Assembly (NCBI GenBank): GCA_947627185.1
Contig: CANQVF010000007.1
Coordinates: forward strand, 14,846 to 78,845
From: an uncultured Clostridia bacterium
GTDB lineage: Bacteria; Bacillota; Clostridia; TANB77; CAG-508
Reading direction: 5' to 3'
Length of the DNA stretch: 64,000 nucleotides
The first letter of the stretch is position 1, and each line of letters opens with the position of its first letter. Shown here piece after piece: positions 30,481 through 40,900 of the stretch. The notes under the pieces are model-generated. The model ran no database searches. It was not told the DNA's origin and saw only the letters and a list, made by a program, of their open reading frames with translations. A program made the position numbers and the translations under genes.

Positions 30481-30633
30481 AAAAATCCTCCAAAAAAATA
30501 TACATATTGCTTATTATACCATATTATTCAAATTTTGTCATCAATTATGTTAACTTTTTTAATAAAAAAAGAAAGTAAAACACAATTTCCATGTTTACTT
30601 TCTTTTAAAATTTTAATATGTTTTTTATAATTA

Positions 30634-31383
30634 TCATTTTTTCCAATTTAGAATTTGATTATTATATGTTATGTTTTCATCATCTTCTTCAATAATATCA
30701 TCTATTTTATTCTTCTTAAATAATCCATTTTTTCTTTTTTCTTTTTTTATAGTTTCGTTTTCATCTTTTGATTGAGCTATCGCTTCTTCAACAGATAAAG
30801 TCTTTTCGAAATCAATAATATTTTTTACAGGTTTTTTATATATTCCTTCTACATGCACATCTTTTGGTGGTAATTGATGTAAGTGCAAGTATTGTAAATA
30901 ATCTTCAATAATTCTTCTATCGTTTTTACTTAAAACTTCAATTTCTTCTGATAAATAGTTATATCTCCATATAACATGTCTTTCATAAGAATTGAATTGT
31001 GCATTTTTTAAGTTTTCATAATCATATTCTATTCTAAATTGAGAATTTTTTATGCTAATACAAATACTACTCCAAATTCTTCTTCCATTTTTAATAGATT
31101 GCTCTCTTAAAACTTTAATTGTATTATACATATCTGTAATTAATTTGGAATACTGTTCTTCATCAATATTAAATAAAGATGGAATTTCATATCCATTAAC
31201 AAATTTTTTCTTTATAATTCCTTTTGGTAGATAATAAAAATACATTTCACCAATTGGTTTTTGGCGTGGTCTATCTATAACAGAAGCATATAAATATATG
31301 CTTTCCCATTTTTCTGGAATTATATAAAATAACTTTTTTTGTATTTCAGAATACAAAATTTTTTCTTCTGGTAAGCTTTGCAT
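30634..31383 (-). CDS. DUF600/YezG-EsaG-like immunity-protein homolog with a K-rich C-terminal extension
   Basis: N-terminal ~130 aa: IIPEKWESIYLYASVID...GEMYFYYLPKG....RIWSSICISIKNSQFRIEYDYENL. This resembles the DUF600 pattern (IPEEWEK..lyAei...FFYY...W....f.l...G.f...Y.Y), recalled from memory of YezG/EsaG. Confidence 0.5.
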   Translation of the reverse strand: MQSLPEEKILYSEIQKKLFYIIPEKWESIYLYASVIDRPRQKPIGEMYFYYLPKGIIKKKFVNGYEIPSLFNIDEEQYSKLITDMYNTIKVLREQSIKNGRRIWSSICISIKNSQFRIEYDYENLKNAQFNSYERHVIWRYNYLSEEIEVLSKNDRRIIEDYLQYLHLHQLPPKDVHVEGIYKKPVKNIIDFEKTLSVEEAIAQSKDENETIKKEKRKNGLFKKNKIDDIIEEDDENITYNNQILNWKK

Positions 31384-31452
31384 AAATTTCTCCCAAATTT
31401 AATATTTAATATTATTATTAAACTTTTAACATATATTTATTATAAATAAAAT

Positions 31453-32988
31453 TTAATTTTCAATCAAGCTTTCTCCAGTCATTTCCTTAGGTTTTTCTAA
31501 TCCCATAATATCAAGCATTGTAGGAGCTAAATCTGCTAGTCGCCCTTCTTTTATTTTCTTATTTGCAGGTAAACCTACAATTGCAAGTGGAACTGGATTT
31601 GTTGTATGAGCAGTATGTGGTTCTCCTGTTTTATAATCTATCATTTGTTCACAATTTCCATGATCTGCTGTTATTAATAAAACACCATTTACTTCTTTTA
31701 TTGCTTTTTCAACTTTTTCTACACATTCATCAATAGCTTCTAAAGCTTTTATAGCAGCATCAATACTTCCTGTATGACCTACCATATCTGGATTTGCAAA
31801 ATTTAAAATTATAGCATCATACTTTTCAGACTTTATTGCTTCAACAACTTTATCACATACTTCATATGCACTCATTTCTGGCTTTAAATCATAAGTTTCA
31901 ACTTTTGGTGAAGGTACTAAAATTCTATCTTCACCTTCATATTGTTTTTCTTCACCACCATTAAAGAAGAAAGTTACATGTGCATATTTTTCTGTTTCAG
32001 CTATTCTTAATTGTTTTAATCCTTTAGTGCTTATATATTCACCAAAAGTATTCTTTATTTCTTCTTTTCTAAATGCTATTTCTACATTTGGCATTGTTTC
32101 ATCATAAGGAGTCATACAAACAAAATATGTATTTAGTTTGTTTGTTTCAAATCCATCAAAATTTTTATCAACAATACTTCTAGTAATTTCTCTTGCTCTA
32201 TCTGGTCTAAAATTAAAGAAAATAACAGAATCACCATTTTCAATTTTAGCAATAGGTTCTCCGTTTTTATTTGTTATAACTGTTGGTTTAACAAATTCAT
32301 CAAAAATTTCTTTTTGATAAGATTCTTCTATGGCAGATATAGGAGATAATGATTTTTCACCTTCTCCATTAACTAATGCATCATATGCAAGTTTTACTCT
32401 TTCCCATCTTTTATCTCTGTCCATACTATAAAATCTTCCAGAGATTGTGGCAATTTGTCCAACGCCTTTTTCTTTCATTTTTTCTTCTAGTGAAGCAATA
32501 TAACTTTCACCTGAAGCTGGTGGTGTATCTCTACCATCCATAAAGCAATGAACATATACATTTTCAAAATCTTTTCTTTTTGCAAGTTCTAATAATCCAT
32601 ATAAATGACGATTATGACTGTGAACTCCACCATCTGATAATAATCCCATTATATGAAGTTTAGAATTATTTTTCTTACAATTTTCAATTGCTTTTACAAA
32701 TTCAGGAATACTAAAGAAATCACCATCTTCTATTGATTTTGTTATTTTTGCTAAATCTTGATATACAATTCTACCAGCACCAATATTGGTATGTCCTACT
32801 TCTGAATTTCCCATTTGTCCTTCTGGCAATCCAACTGCCAAACCACTAGTATGAATTATTGTATTTGGATTTTTTGTTAAAATTTCATTTAAATTTGGAA
32901 TATTAGCTAATTTAACAGCATTTCCTTCTGTTTGTTCATTAATTCCGAAACCATCTAATATCATAAGCATTGTTAATTTTTTACTCAT
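31453..32988 (-). CDS. gpmI: 2,3-bisphosphoglycerate-independent phosphoglycerate mutase
   Basis: 511 aa. [44 protein letters not shown] motifs. Confidence 0.9.
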   Translation of the reverse strand: MSKKLTMLMILDGFGINEQTEGNAVKLANIPNLNEILTKNPNTIIHTSGLAVGLPEGQMGNSEVGHTNIGAGRIVYQDLAKITKSIEDGDFFSIPEFVKAIENCKKNNSKLHIMGLLSDGGVHSHNRHLYGLLELAKRKDFENVYVHCFMDGRDTPPASGESYIASLEEKMKEKGVGQIATISGRFYSMDRDKRWERVKLAYDALVNGEGEKSLSPISAIEESYQKEIFDEFVKPTVITNKNGEPIAKIENGDSVIFFNFRPDRAREITRSIVDKNFDGFETNKLNTYFVCMTPYDETMPNVEIAFRKEEIKNTFGEYISTKGLKQLRIAETEKYAHVTFFFNGGEEKQYEGEDRILVPSPKVETYDLKPEMSAYEVCDKVVEAIKSEKYDAIILNFANPDMVGHTGSIDAAIKALEAIDECVEKVEKAIKEVNGVLLITADHGNCEQMIDYKTGEPHTAHTTNPVPLAIVGLPANKKIKEGRLADLAPTMLDIMGLEKPKEMTGESLIEN

Positions 32989-33011
32989 TTTGTTTACACT
33001 TCCCTCTTTTT

Positions 33012-33764
33012 CTATTCTTCATAATTTACTATTTTACTAAATTCTTCTGGTTTTAAACTTGCTCCACCAACTAATCCTCCATCTATATCTGATGTTTCAA
33101 ATAGTTCTTTTGCATTTGAAGCTTTTACACTTCCTCCATATTGAATTATAACTTCACTAGATACTTCTTCTCCATAAAGTTTTTTAATTTCTTCTCTAAT
33201 AGACTTTATAGAATTATTTGCATCTTCTGAAGTTGCTGTTTTTCCTGTTCCAATAGCCCATATTGGTTCATAAGCTATTATAGTATTTTTAACTTGTTCT
33301 TTTGAAAGACCTTCTAAAGCCAATCTAGTTTGAGATGTTATAATTTCTTCTGTTTTTCCTTGTTCTCTTTCTTCTAAAGTTTCTCCAACACAAACTATTG
33401 GTTTTAAATCATTTTCAAAAGCAGATTTTATTTTTTTATTAACAGTTTCATCTGTTTCATTATAATATTGTCTTCTTTCAGAATGTCCTATAATTACATA
33501 TTCAACTCCAATTGATTTTAACATTTTAGGAGATACTTCTCCTGTATATGCTCCTGATTCTGCAAAATGCATATTTTGTGCACCTATTTTTATGTTTGTT
33601 CCTTGCGCTATTGATATACAATAAAATAAATCTGTATAAGGAACACATAAAATAACTTCTGATTTTGCATTTTTAACCATTGGTTCAAATGCTTGAATAT
33701 AATCAATTGCTTCATTAGGAAGCATATTCATTTTCCAATTTCCTGCAATTACTTTTCTTCTCAT
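33012..33764 (-). CDS. tpiA: triosephosphate isomerase
   Basis: [36 protein letters not shown] motifs. Confidence 0.9.
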   Translation of the reverse strand: MRRKVIAGNWKMNMLPNEAIDYIQAFEPMVKNAKSEVILCVPYTDLFYCISIAQGTNIKIGAQNMHFAESGAYTGEVSPKMLKSIGVEYVIIGHSERRQYYNETDETVNKKIKSAFENDLKPIVCVGETLEEREQGKTEEIITSQTRLALEGLSKEQVKNTIIAYEPIWAIGTGKTATSEDANNSIKSIREEIKKLYGEEVSSEVIIQYGGSVKASNAKELFETSDIDGGLVGGASLKPEEFSKIVNYEE

Positions 33765-33778
33765 AAAAAGCTCCTTTT

Positions 33779-34381
33779 CTATTTTAATTTTTGCTCGTAA
33801 TCTTTATCTTTTTGAAACATATATTGTTTTAAATTTTGAAAAATTAAATCATATTGTAATTTCAGACTTTCTTCATATGGCATACGAGTCATACTATTTT
33901 GTATAAAACCAATAGCATCATCAAAATCTAAAAAGCCCATATTAATAGCTTCTATATTATCAATTTTAATTTTATCTATATCTTGCATTTTTAAAGCATA
34001 TACACTTACAAAGCATTTTAAATTTTTTCTATTAGTTTCATCTTTTAATTTGGTATAATCAACTTGAACATTTCCTAGATAATGTAAATTTTGAGAATCT
34101 TCTTGTTTAATTGATAATTCCTCATCTAATTCTCTAATCATACATTGCATCGGAATTTCACCAGATCTTACATGTCCAGAACATAAATCTAACTTTCCTG
34201 GGTCTAAAAAACGTTTTCCTCTTTTTTCAAATAAAATCTTCTTATTTTTATCATCTATTACAAAACAAGTTGCACATTTTATCCATGGAAGATTTTCATC
34301 TGTCCATGAATAATAATTTCTTTTTGAAATTGTACCAACCTTTTCTCCATTTTCTTTAAATATATCAATAAGCTCTGCCAT
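33779..34381 (-). CDS. NUDIX hydrolase inserted between pgk and tpiA
   Basis: [24 protein letters not shown] is a Nudix box. Confidence 0.6.
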   Translation of the reverse strand: MAELIDIFKENGEKVGTISKRNYYSWTDENLPWIKCATCFVIDDKNKKILFEKRGKRFLDPGKLDLCSGHVRSGEIPMQCMIRELDEELSIKQEDSQNLHYLGNVQVDYTKLKDETNRKNLKCFVSVYALKMQDIDKIKIDNIEAINMGFLDFDDAIGFIQNSMTRMPYEESLKLQYDLIFQNLKQYMFQKDKDYEQKLK

Positions 34382-34478
34382 AATAAATTACCTACTTCTT
34401 ATAATAATCTTAACAAACAGTATCTTTTGTTTACTAATTATAAATTAAGATTTTCTAAAAATTTAAGTAAAATAAATT

Positions 34479-35663
34479 TTATAAATCTTGTAATGCTTCA
34501 ATTCCTGGTAATTTTTTTCCTTCTAAAAATTCAAGTGATGCTCCACCACCAGTAGAAATATGTGTAAATTTTTCTGCTAATCCTGCTTTTTCAACAGCAG
34601 CTGCTGAATCTCCTCCACCTATAATTTTTACAGCATCAATGTTTGCTAAAGTTTCAGCAATTTTATTTGTTCCAATAGCAAATTGTTCAAATTCAAACAA
34701 TCCAAGTGGTCCATTCCATACTACTGTTTTAGCATTTTTTAATTCTTCTGCATACATTTTTATAGTTTCTTCTCCTATGTCAAATCCTTCCCATCCATCA
34801 GGAATTTCTGTATATTTAACAGTTTTACTTTCAGTATTTGGATCAAATTCTTTGCCTATTTTTGTATCTATTGGTAACATGAATTTTACTCCTTTAGCTT
34901 TAGCTTTTTCCATTACTTCTTTTGCTAAATCTAATTTATCTAGTTCACAAATTGAATTTCCTACTTCATATCCCATTGATTTAAAGAAAGTATAAGCCAT
35001 AGCTCCACCAATCATTAAAACATCTACTTTTTCAAGCAAACTATCTATAACTCCTATTTTATCTGAAACTTTCTTTCCACCTAAAATTGCCATAAAAGGT
35101 CTTTCTGGATTTTCTAAAGCAGTTCCTAAAAAATTTAATTCTTTTTCAATTAGAAATCCTGACACTGCTGGTAAAAATTTTGCAACTCCAGTAGTTGAAC
35201 AGTGAGCTCTATGTGCTGTTCCAAAAGCATCATTTACGAAAATTTCTGCTAATGAAGCAAATTTTTTAGATAGTTCTTCATCATTTTTTTCTTCTCCAGC
35301 TTCATATCTTACATTTTCAAGAAGCATAACTTCTCTTGGTTTTAATTCAGAAGCAAGTTTTAAAGCATCTTCCCCAACAACATCTTTAGCAAGTTTAACT
35401 TCTTGATTTAATAATCTTGAAAGTTCATCTGCTACTATGTTTAAAGAAAATTCTGGTTTTACTTCTCCCTTTGGTCTTCCTAAATGAGAACATAATATTA
35501 CTTTACAATCATTTTCAATTAAATATTTTATAGTAGGTAAAGCAGCTACTATTCTTCTATTATCAGTAATTTTTCTATTTTCATCATATGGTACATTAAA
35601 ATCACATCTAACTAATACTTTTTTTCCTTTTACATCAATATCTCTTACTGTTTTTTTATTCAT
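34479..35663 (-). CDS. pgk: phosphoglycerate kinase
   Basis: 394 aa. [38 protein letters not shown] motifs. Confidence 0.9.
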   Translation of the reverse strand: MNKKTVRDIDVKGKKVLVRCDFNVPYDENRKITDNRRIVAALPTIKYLIENDCKVILCSHLGRPKGEVKPEFSLNIVADELSRLLNQEVKLAKDVVGEDALKLASELKPREVMLLENVRYEAGEEKNDEELSKKFASLAEIFVNDAFGTAHRAHCSTTGVAKFLPAVSGFLIEKELNFLGTALENPERPFMAILGGKKVSDKIGVIDSLLEKVDVLMIGGAMAYTFFKSMGYEVGNSICELDKLDLAKEVMEKAKAKGVKFMLPIDTKIGKEFDPNTESKTVKYTEIPDGWEGFDIGEETIKMYAEELKNAKTVVWNGPLGLFEFEQFAIGTNKIAETLANIDAVKIIGGGDSAAAVEKAGLAEKFTHISTGGGASLEFLEGKKLPGIEALQDL

Positions 35664-35669
35664 ATTTTA

Positions 35670-35755
35670 TCTACCTTTCTAAATTTTTATTTCATAAACT
35701 CCTAAAAAGAGCTAGCAATAAAGGTCCCACCTCCACCACTAGCTCCTTTATTTAT
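35670..35755 (-). terminator. candidate terminator downstream of gap (approximate placement)
   Basis: Inverted repeat gagctagcaataaaggtcccacctccaccactagctc followed by a T-rich tract on the minus strand. Confidence 0.4.
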
Positions 35756-35760
35756 TATAA

Positions 35761-36777
35761 TTAATTTAATTCAGCAAAATATTTTATTGTTCTTACCATT
35801 TGACTAGTATAAGAATTTTCATTATCATACCAACTTACAACTTGTACTTGATATAATCCTTCTTCAACTTTTGTAACCATTGTTTGTGTGCTATCAAATA
35901 AAGAACCACAAGTAATTCCAATAATATCTGATGAAACTAATGGTTCATCTGTGTATCCAAAAGAAGCACTTGATGCTGATTTCATAGCAGAATTGATTCC
36001 TTCTACTGTTATATCATTTCCTTTAACAGTTGCTACTAATATTGTTGTAGAACCTGTTGGAACTGGAACTCTTTGAGCTGAACCGATTAATTTTCCATTT
36101 AATTCTGGAATAACTAATCCAATAGCTTTTGCAGCTCCTGTAGAGTTAGGAACTATATTTACAGCAGCAGCTCTAGCTCTTCTTAAATCTCCTTTTCTAT
36201 GTGGTCCATCTAAAACCATTTGATCTCCTGTATAAGCATGTACTGTTGTCATGATTCCTGATTGAATTGGTGCATAATCATTTAATGCTTTTGCCATTGG
36301 TGCTAAGCAATTTGTTGTACATGAAGCAGCAGAAATAATATTATCTTCTTTTGTTAGTGTTTTTTCATTTACACCATAAACAATTGTTGGTAAATCATTT
36401 CCTGCTGGTGCAGAAATAACAACTTTTTTAGCTCCTGCTTTAATATGAGCTGATGCTTTTTCTTTAGAAGTATAGAAACCTGTACATTCTAGAACAACAT
36501 CAACACCAATTTCTCCCCAAGGAAGTTCTTCTGCATTTGCCATTGCATAAATTTTTATTTCTTTTCCATCAACTGTAATTGAATCTTCTCCAGCAACAAC
36601 TGTATCTGCTTTTGCATATCTACCTTGTGCTGAATCGTATTTTAACAAATGTGCTAACATTTTAGGACTTGTTAAATCATTTATTGCAACAATTTCATAT
36701 CCTTCTGCTCCAAACATTTGTCTAAATGCAAGACGTCCAATACGTCCAAATCCATTTATGGCTACTTTAACTGACAT
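35761..36777 (-). CDS. gap: glyceraldehyde-3-phosphate dehydrogenase (type I)
   Basis: [15 protein letters not shown]...[10 protein letters not shown]...WYDNE. I place the start at ATG 36777 because GGGAGG sits 10 nt upstream. The ORF-track start at 36795 lies inside that RBS. Confidence 0.9.
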   Translation of the reverse strand: MSVKVAINGFGRIGRLAFRQMFGAEGYEIVAINDLTSPKMLAHLLKYDSAQGRYAKADTVVAGEDSITVDGKEIKIYAMANAEELPWGEIGVDVVLECTGFYTSKEKASAHIKAGAKKVVISAPAGNDLPTIVYGVNEKTLTKEDNIISAASCTTNCLAPMAKALNDYAPIQSGIMTTVHAYTGDQMVLDGPHRKGDLRRARAAAVNIVPNSTGAAKAIGLVIPELNGKLIGSAQRVPVPTGSTTILVATVKGNDITVEGINSAMKSASSASFGYTDEPLVSSDIIGITCGSLFDSTQTMVTKVEEGLYQVQVVSWYDNENSYTSQMVRTIKYFAELN

Positions 36778-36939
36778 AATATAAATTCCTCCCATCCTGA
36801 TACTTATTTTATATTCTTATTTTTTAAGTATCTCTTCATATATTTTAGTCTATTTGACCAAAAATATTCTATATCATTTCAAATGTTTTTTCAAGTATTT
36901 TTTATAATTTATTCTATCAAAAAATATACACTTATTTTT

Positions 36940-37860
36940 TTAGTTTAATGATGTTCCTCCCCATTCTACTACTGTATATCCTTCTCTTTGTACTTTTTCT
37001 AATTCTTGCTCTTTTATTTCTATTTTCTCATTTAATCCTTTCCATTCCATCATTACTCTTATTAATGTTTCTGGTTTTGGATTAACTTCTAAAGGCATAT
37101 TTTCATTTATTTCTTCTTTGCTTTCAAATCTTATGTAATTATATTTATTACCTTCCATTTGTGGTAACCAATATATTATAAACTCTTCTGTTTCTCTTTC
37201 ATTTAATCCTAATATAGATAATTTTTCTTCTAAAAATTCTGCTGTGTTTTCTCCTTCTACTAAAAATCCTTCTTTAAAATTATTATCAATGTTTTTATTT
37301 TTCTTTCCTTCCCAATAAAGTGCATATAAATTTCTTCCTGTTTTTAAGTCTGTTAACTCTCCATTTTGTTTTGCAAGCACTTTCCAACCTTGATTATTCT
37401 CATATTTTGGATAAGTTGCTGTTAAATTTTCTGGTCTTCCTAGTTTTACTTCTACTTCAATTTCTTTTTCTGGGTATATGTATATTATTGGTTTTGCCTG
37501 TATTCGTTCTAATGTCTTTTCGATTTCGTTATTTTGATAATTTTCATCTATATTATTAACACTTTCATAATTTTCTTTTTCTTCACTATTTAAGCCCTTA
37601 ACTGTATTTTTAGTATTAGAATATTTGTACGCAATTAAAACAACCGCTAGCACAGCTACCATACAAAATCCAACAAAAAATTTTATCCATGTTGTTAGCG
37701 TTATTTTAATTTGTTTTTTTGGTAACACATCATCTAAATTTAAATCTTCTTCAATACTATCTTCTTTTGTTTCTAAATTTTCTTCTGCAATATTTTCTTT
37801 TTTTTCTTCAACATTTTTCATATTTTCTTCTTCTGAATTATTTCCCATTTTTTTCTCCAC
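36940..37860 (-). CDS. hypothetical single-pass membrane protein (acidic cytoplasmic N-terminus, TM, ~220-aa extracytoplasmic domain), immediately downstream of the A2M gene
   Basis: 306 aa; TM helix WIKFFVGFCMVAVLAVVLIAY; only 52 nt after the A2M stop, same strand. Confidence 0.45.
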   Translation of the reverse strand: MEKKMGNNSEEENMKNVEEKKENIAEENLETKEDSIEEDLNLDDVLPKKQIKITLTTWIKFFVGFCMVAVLAVVLIAYKYSNTKNTVKGLNSEEKENYESVNNIDENYQNNEIEKTLERIQAKPIIYIYPEKEIEVEVKLGRPENLTATYPKYENNQGWKVLAKQNGELTDLKTGRNLYALYWEGKKNKNIDNNFKEGFLVEGENTAEFLEEKLSILGLNERETEEFIIYWLPQMEGNKYNYIRFESKEEINENMPLEVNPKPETLIRVMMEWKGLNEKIEIKEQELEKVQREGYTVVEWGGTSLN

Positions 37861-37912
37861 TCTTTAAATAATTTTACTAATTAGCTATACTAGCAATCTT
37901 TTTTATATCCTT

Positions 37913-40900
37913 TTATTGTGTTACAGCAATTCCAACCGGATTACATATTGCTTCAACATCTGGATTATAGTAATCATAAAATCTCATTGATGCACCTGTA
38001 ATTGTTTCTGGATATAAAGCTCTGTAATTTATGCTAATGCTAATACTATCTTGTTCTTTAAAGTTTCTTACATAAATATTAATTCTTTCATAATTATACT
38101 CATACTTTTCAATTATTCCTAAATGTTTTAATTGCAATAATGAGTCTTCTTCAACACTACATCCTTGAGGTATATTTATTTGTAATAAACCATTTTCAAT
38201 ATCTATATTATTATTTAATATTGTTATATTTTGTGATATTATATCATTTACTTTTGCATTTGTTGTAATTGTTTGACTAATTGATATTTTATTATCATTC
38301 TCTAATTTAGAATAATCTTGATAATATTCTTTAATTATTTCATAATTTATTTTTCCTTTTTTCACACCTAGTTTTATTTTATTCTCTACAGAAACATTAT
38401 CAAATTCAAATTCATAAATATCTAAATTATCTTCTTTTATTTGAACTTCTTTTTCCTCACCATTTAAGCTAACTGTTAGTGTTTGTTCTTTAAGTTTTGT
38501 ATCTTGTTCATACATATTTATGGCTTTTAAAGCTAATATTGTTGATTGTGTTGTACCCCATGTTCCTCTAATATCCTTATTTTCTTTTAAATATTCAATA
38601 AAAGAATTATTTGTTTTATCATTTTCTTTTAATTTTGTTAATGCCATTGATGTTAAGGCTGTAGTTTGAACATTTTGATATCTTCCTCTAGTACCATAAT
38701 AATCTACACTTTTGTAAACTAAATATGTATTTGTATTGTCTATTGTTACTTTTTCTAGTAATTCTTTAATAATATCTTTTGCTTTATCTTTTTCATCAAT
38801 ATTTGCATAAACATTTGCCATTAATGCTAAAGTATATGTATCAGATATATCATCTAATTTCTTTTCTAGATAATTAACTGTTTTTTCTATTCTTTTATCT
38901 TCTGGACATGCTTCTGATAAAGCCCAAGCTATATATGCATTCATTGCTAAATTATCACTACTTTCAGTTCCTCCAATATAAGTTGAGCCTATTTCAAAAC
39001 TTCCATTAGATTTTTGTTTTTTAAATAAATAATTTTGCATATTCTCAATAACTTTTTCATCTACATCATAAACTTTTGAAAGTTCATTCATTTCCATTAA
39101 ACCAAATGCTGTAATTACTGGTTCTGCAGGCGAATATCCATATAATGAATATCCTCCTTTTTCATCTCTTACTTCATAAGTAAGTAGTTTTTGATATCCT
39201 TTTGAAATATAATTTAATGCTTTTTCTTCAATAATTTGATTATTTATATTATTTTTTCTTAAATATTCTAATATTAATATATCTGGATATAAGGATGATG
39301 ATGTTTGTTCAAAGCATCCAGTTGGCATTCTTAACATACTATCCATATTTTCCATAACTTCTGTAATAGATGATGGATATAATTTTACTTTTATTTTTTT
39401 AGTTCCATCAATTGCATCATCATCAAATATTAAATCTTGTTCATAATCTTCATCTATAATTCCACTTAAAGCCACTTCTTCTTTTTCTAATCCATTTACA
39501 TTTACATTCATTGATTTTTCAACAACATCTGTAATTTCTCCTGCTTTTGCTTCAATTCTTAAAGTATTTTCACCTGCTTTTATGATTTCTATTGGAATAT
39601 ATATCATTTGAGTAGCATTAGAATTTACATTAATATTTTTTGAATAATCACCTATTTTACACCAATCATTTTCTTTTACATTAATACTAAATGATAATTC
39701 GTGATCTGTATAATTATATAAAGTTACAGGAATACTTGTTTTATCTGTAACAACTGAATTATTTGGAAGAGTAAAATCTATAAATAATTCTTGGAAAACT
39801 TTAAATGTTTGTGAATTATATCCAACACTTCCATCTTTACTATTTCCAACTGCTTGTATATTCCATGTAGTTATATTATCACTTATTTTTGTATTAAATT
39901 GTGCATTTCCATCATTAGCTATAAGTTCTGGTATAAAAGCTAAACTTTCTAAAAATACATTTCTTACATTTTCTTCTGTTTCTGTTTGTTTTTCTATTTC
40001 TATTTCTTTTTCCTGTTTTACAACATCTTGTTTTTGGACATTTTCTTGCTTTTTATTAGATGATGTTAAGGCATCAATTGTAGATTCTATTTTTGATGTA
40101 GTAGATTTACTTTCATCAGCAGAAGAAGTTGCAGTACTAAAATATGTAGTATCAATATCTCCCCAAGTTTCAAAATCATTGTCATAAGTATCAGTGCTTA
40201 CACTTCCTCTAGATAAAGATCCAATAGAATCTTCAACTTCCACTTGTGCACTATTATTAAAAATATAAATAGAAAATATTATTAATATTAATAAAGCTAA
40301 AATTGCAATAATTATAGAAATTAAATCATTTACACTAATATTTAATATAATCTTTCCGTTTTCAAGTTTTGTTTTTGTTTCTCTAAAAACAAATTTTCTA
40401 AATAATATATATACACATAAAACAATTATAAATCCTATATATGGACCAACAATCTCTGAAACTAAAGATGTTGCAACCCAAAATATTACTGCTTTTGCTA
40501 AAGAATCTAATATATCTTTTACAATAGTTAATTTTTTTCCTAATTTTTGCTGTCTTAATCTAACAATTAAAAATATATATATTAAAATTAAGATTCCAAA
40601 TATAACTAAAAATATATTTGCTATATTATCAACATCAATTTTATCATAGTAAACTAATAATTCCAATAATGCTGAAATTACAAAAATAAATATTAATGGA
40701 ATAATTAATAAATCTTTAACTATGCTAAATACAAAATCTCTTTCTTTATATAAAGCAAGTGCATAAATTGCTATTGCTATAACCATTTCAATGAATAATA
40801 TTATTATTGTAGAAACGTTATACATAATTTCATATAAAAAGCTATCCAAATAAATTGATAAAACCAAGAAAACTGCAAAAACATTAAATATTGTTTTTAT

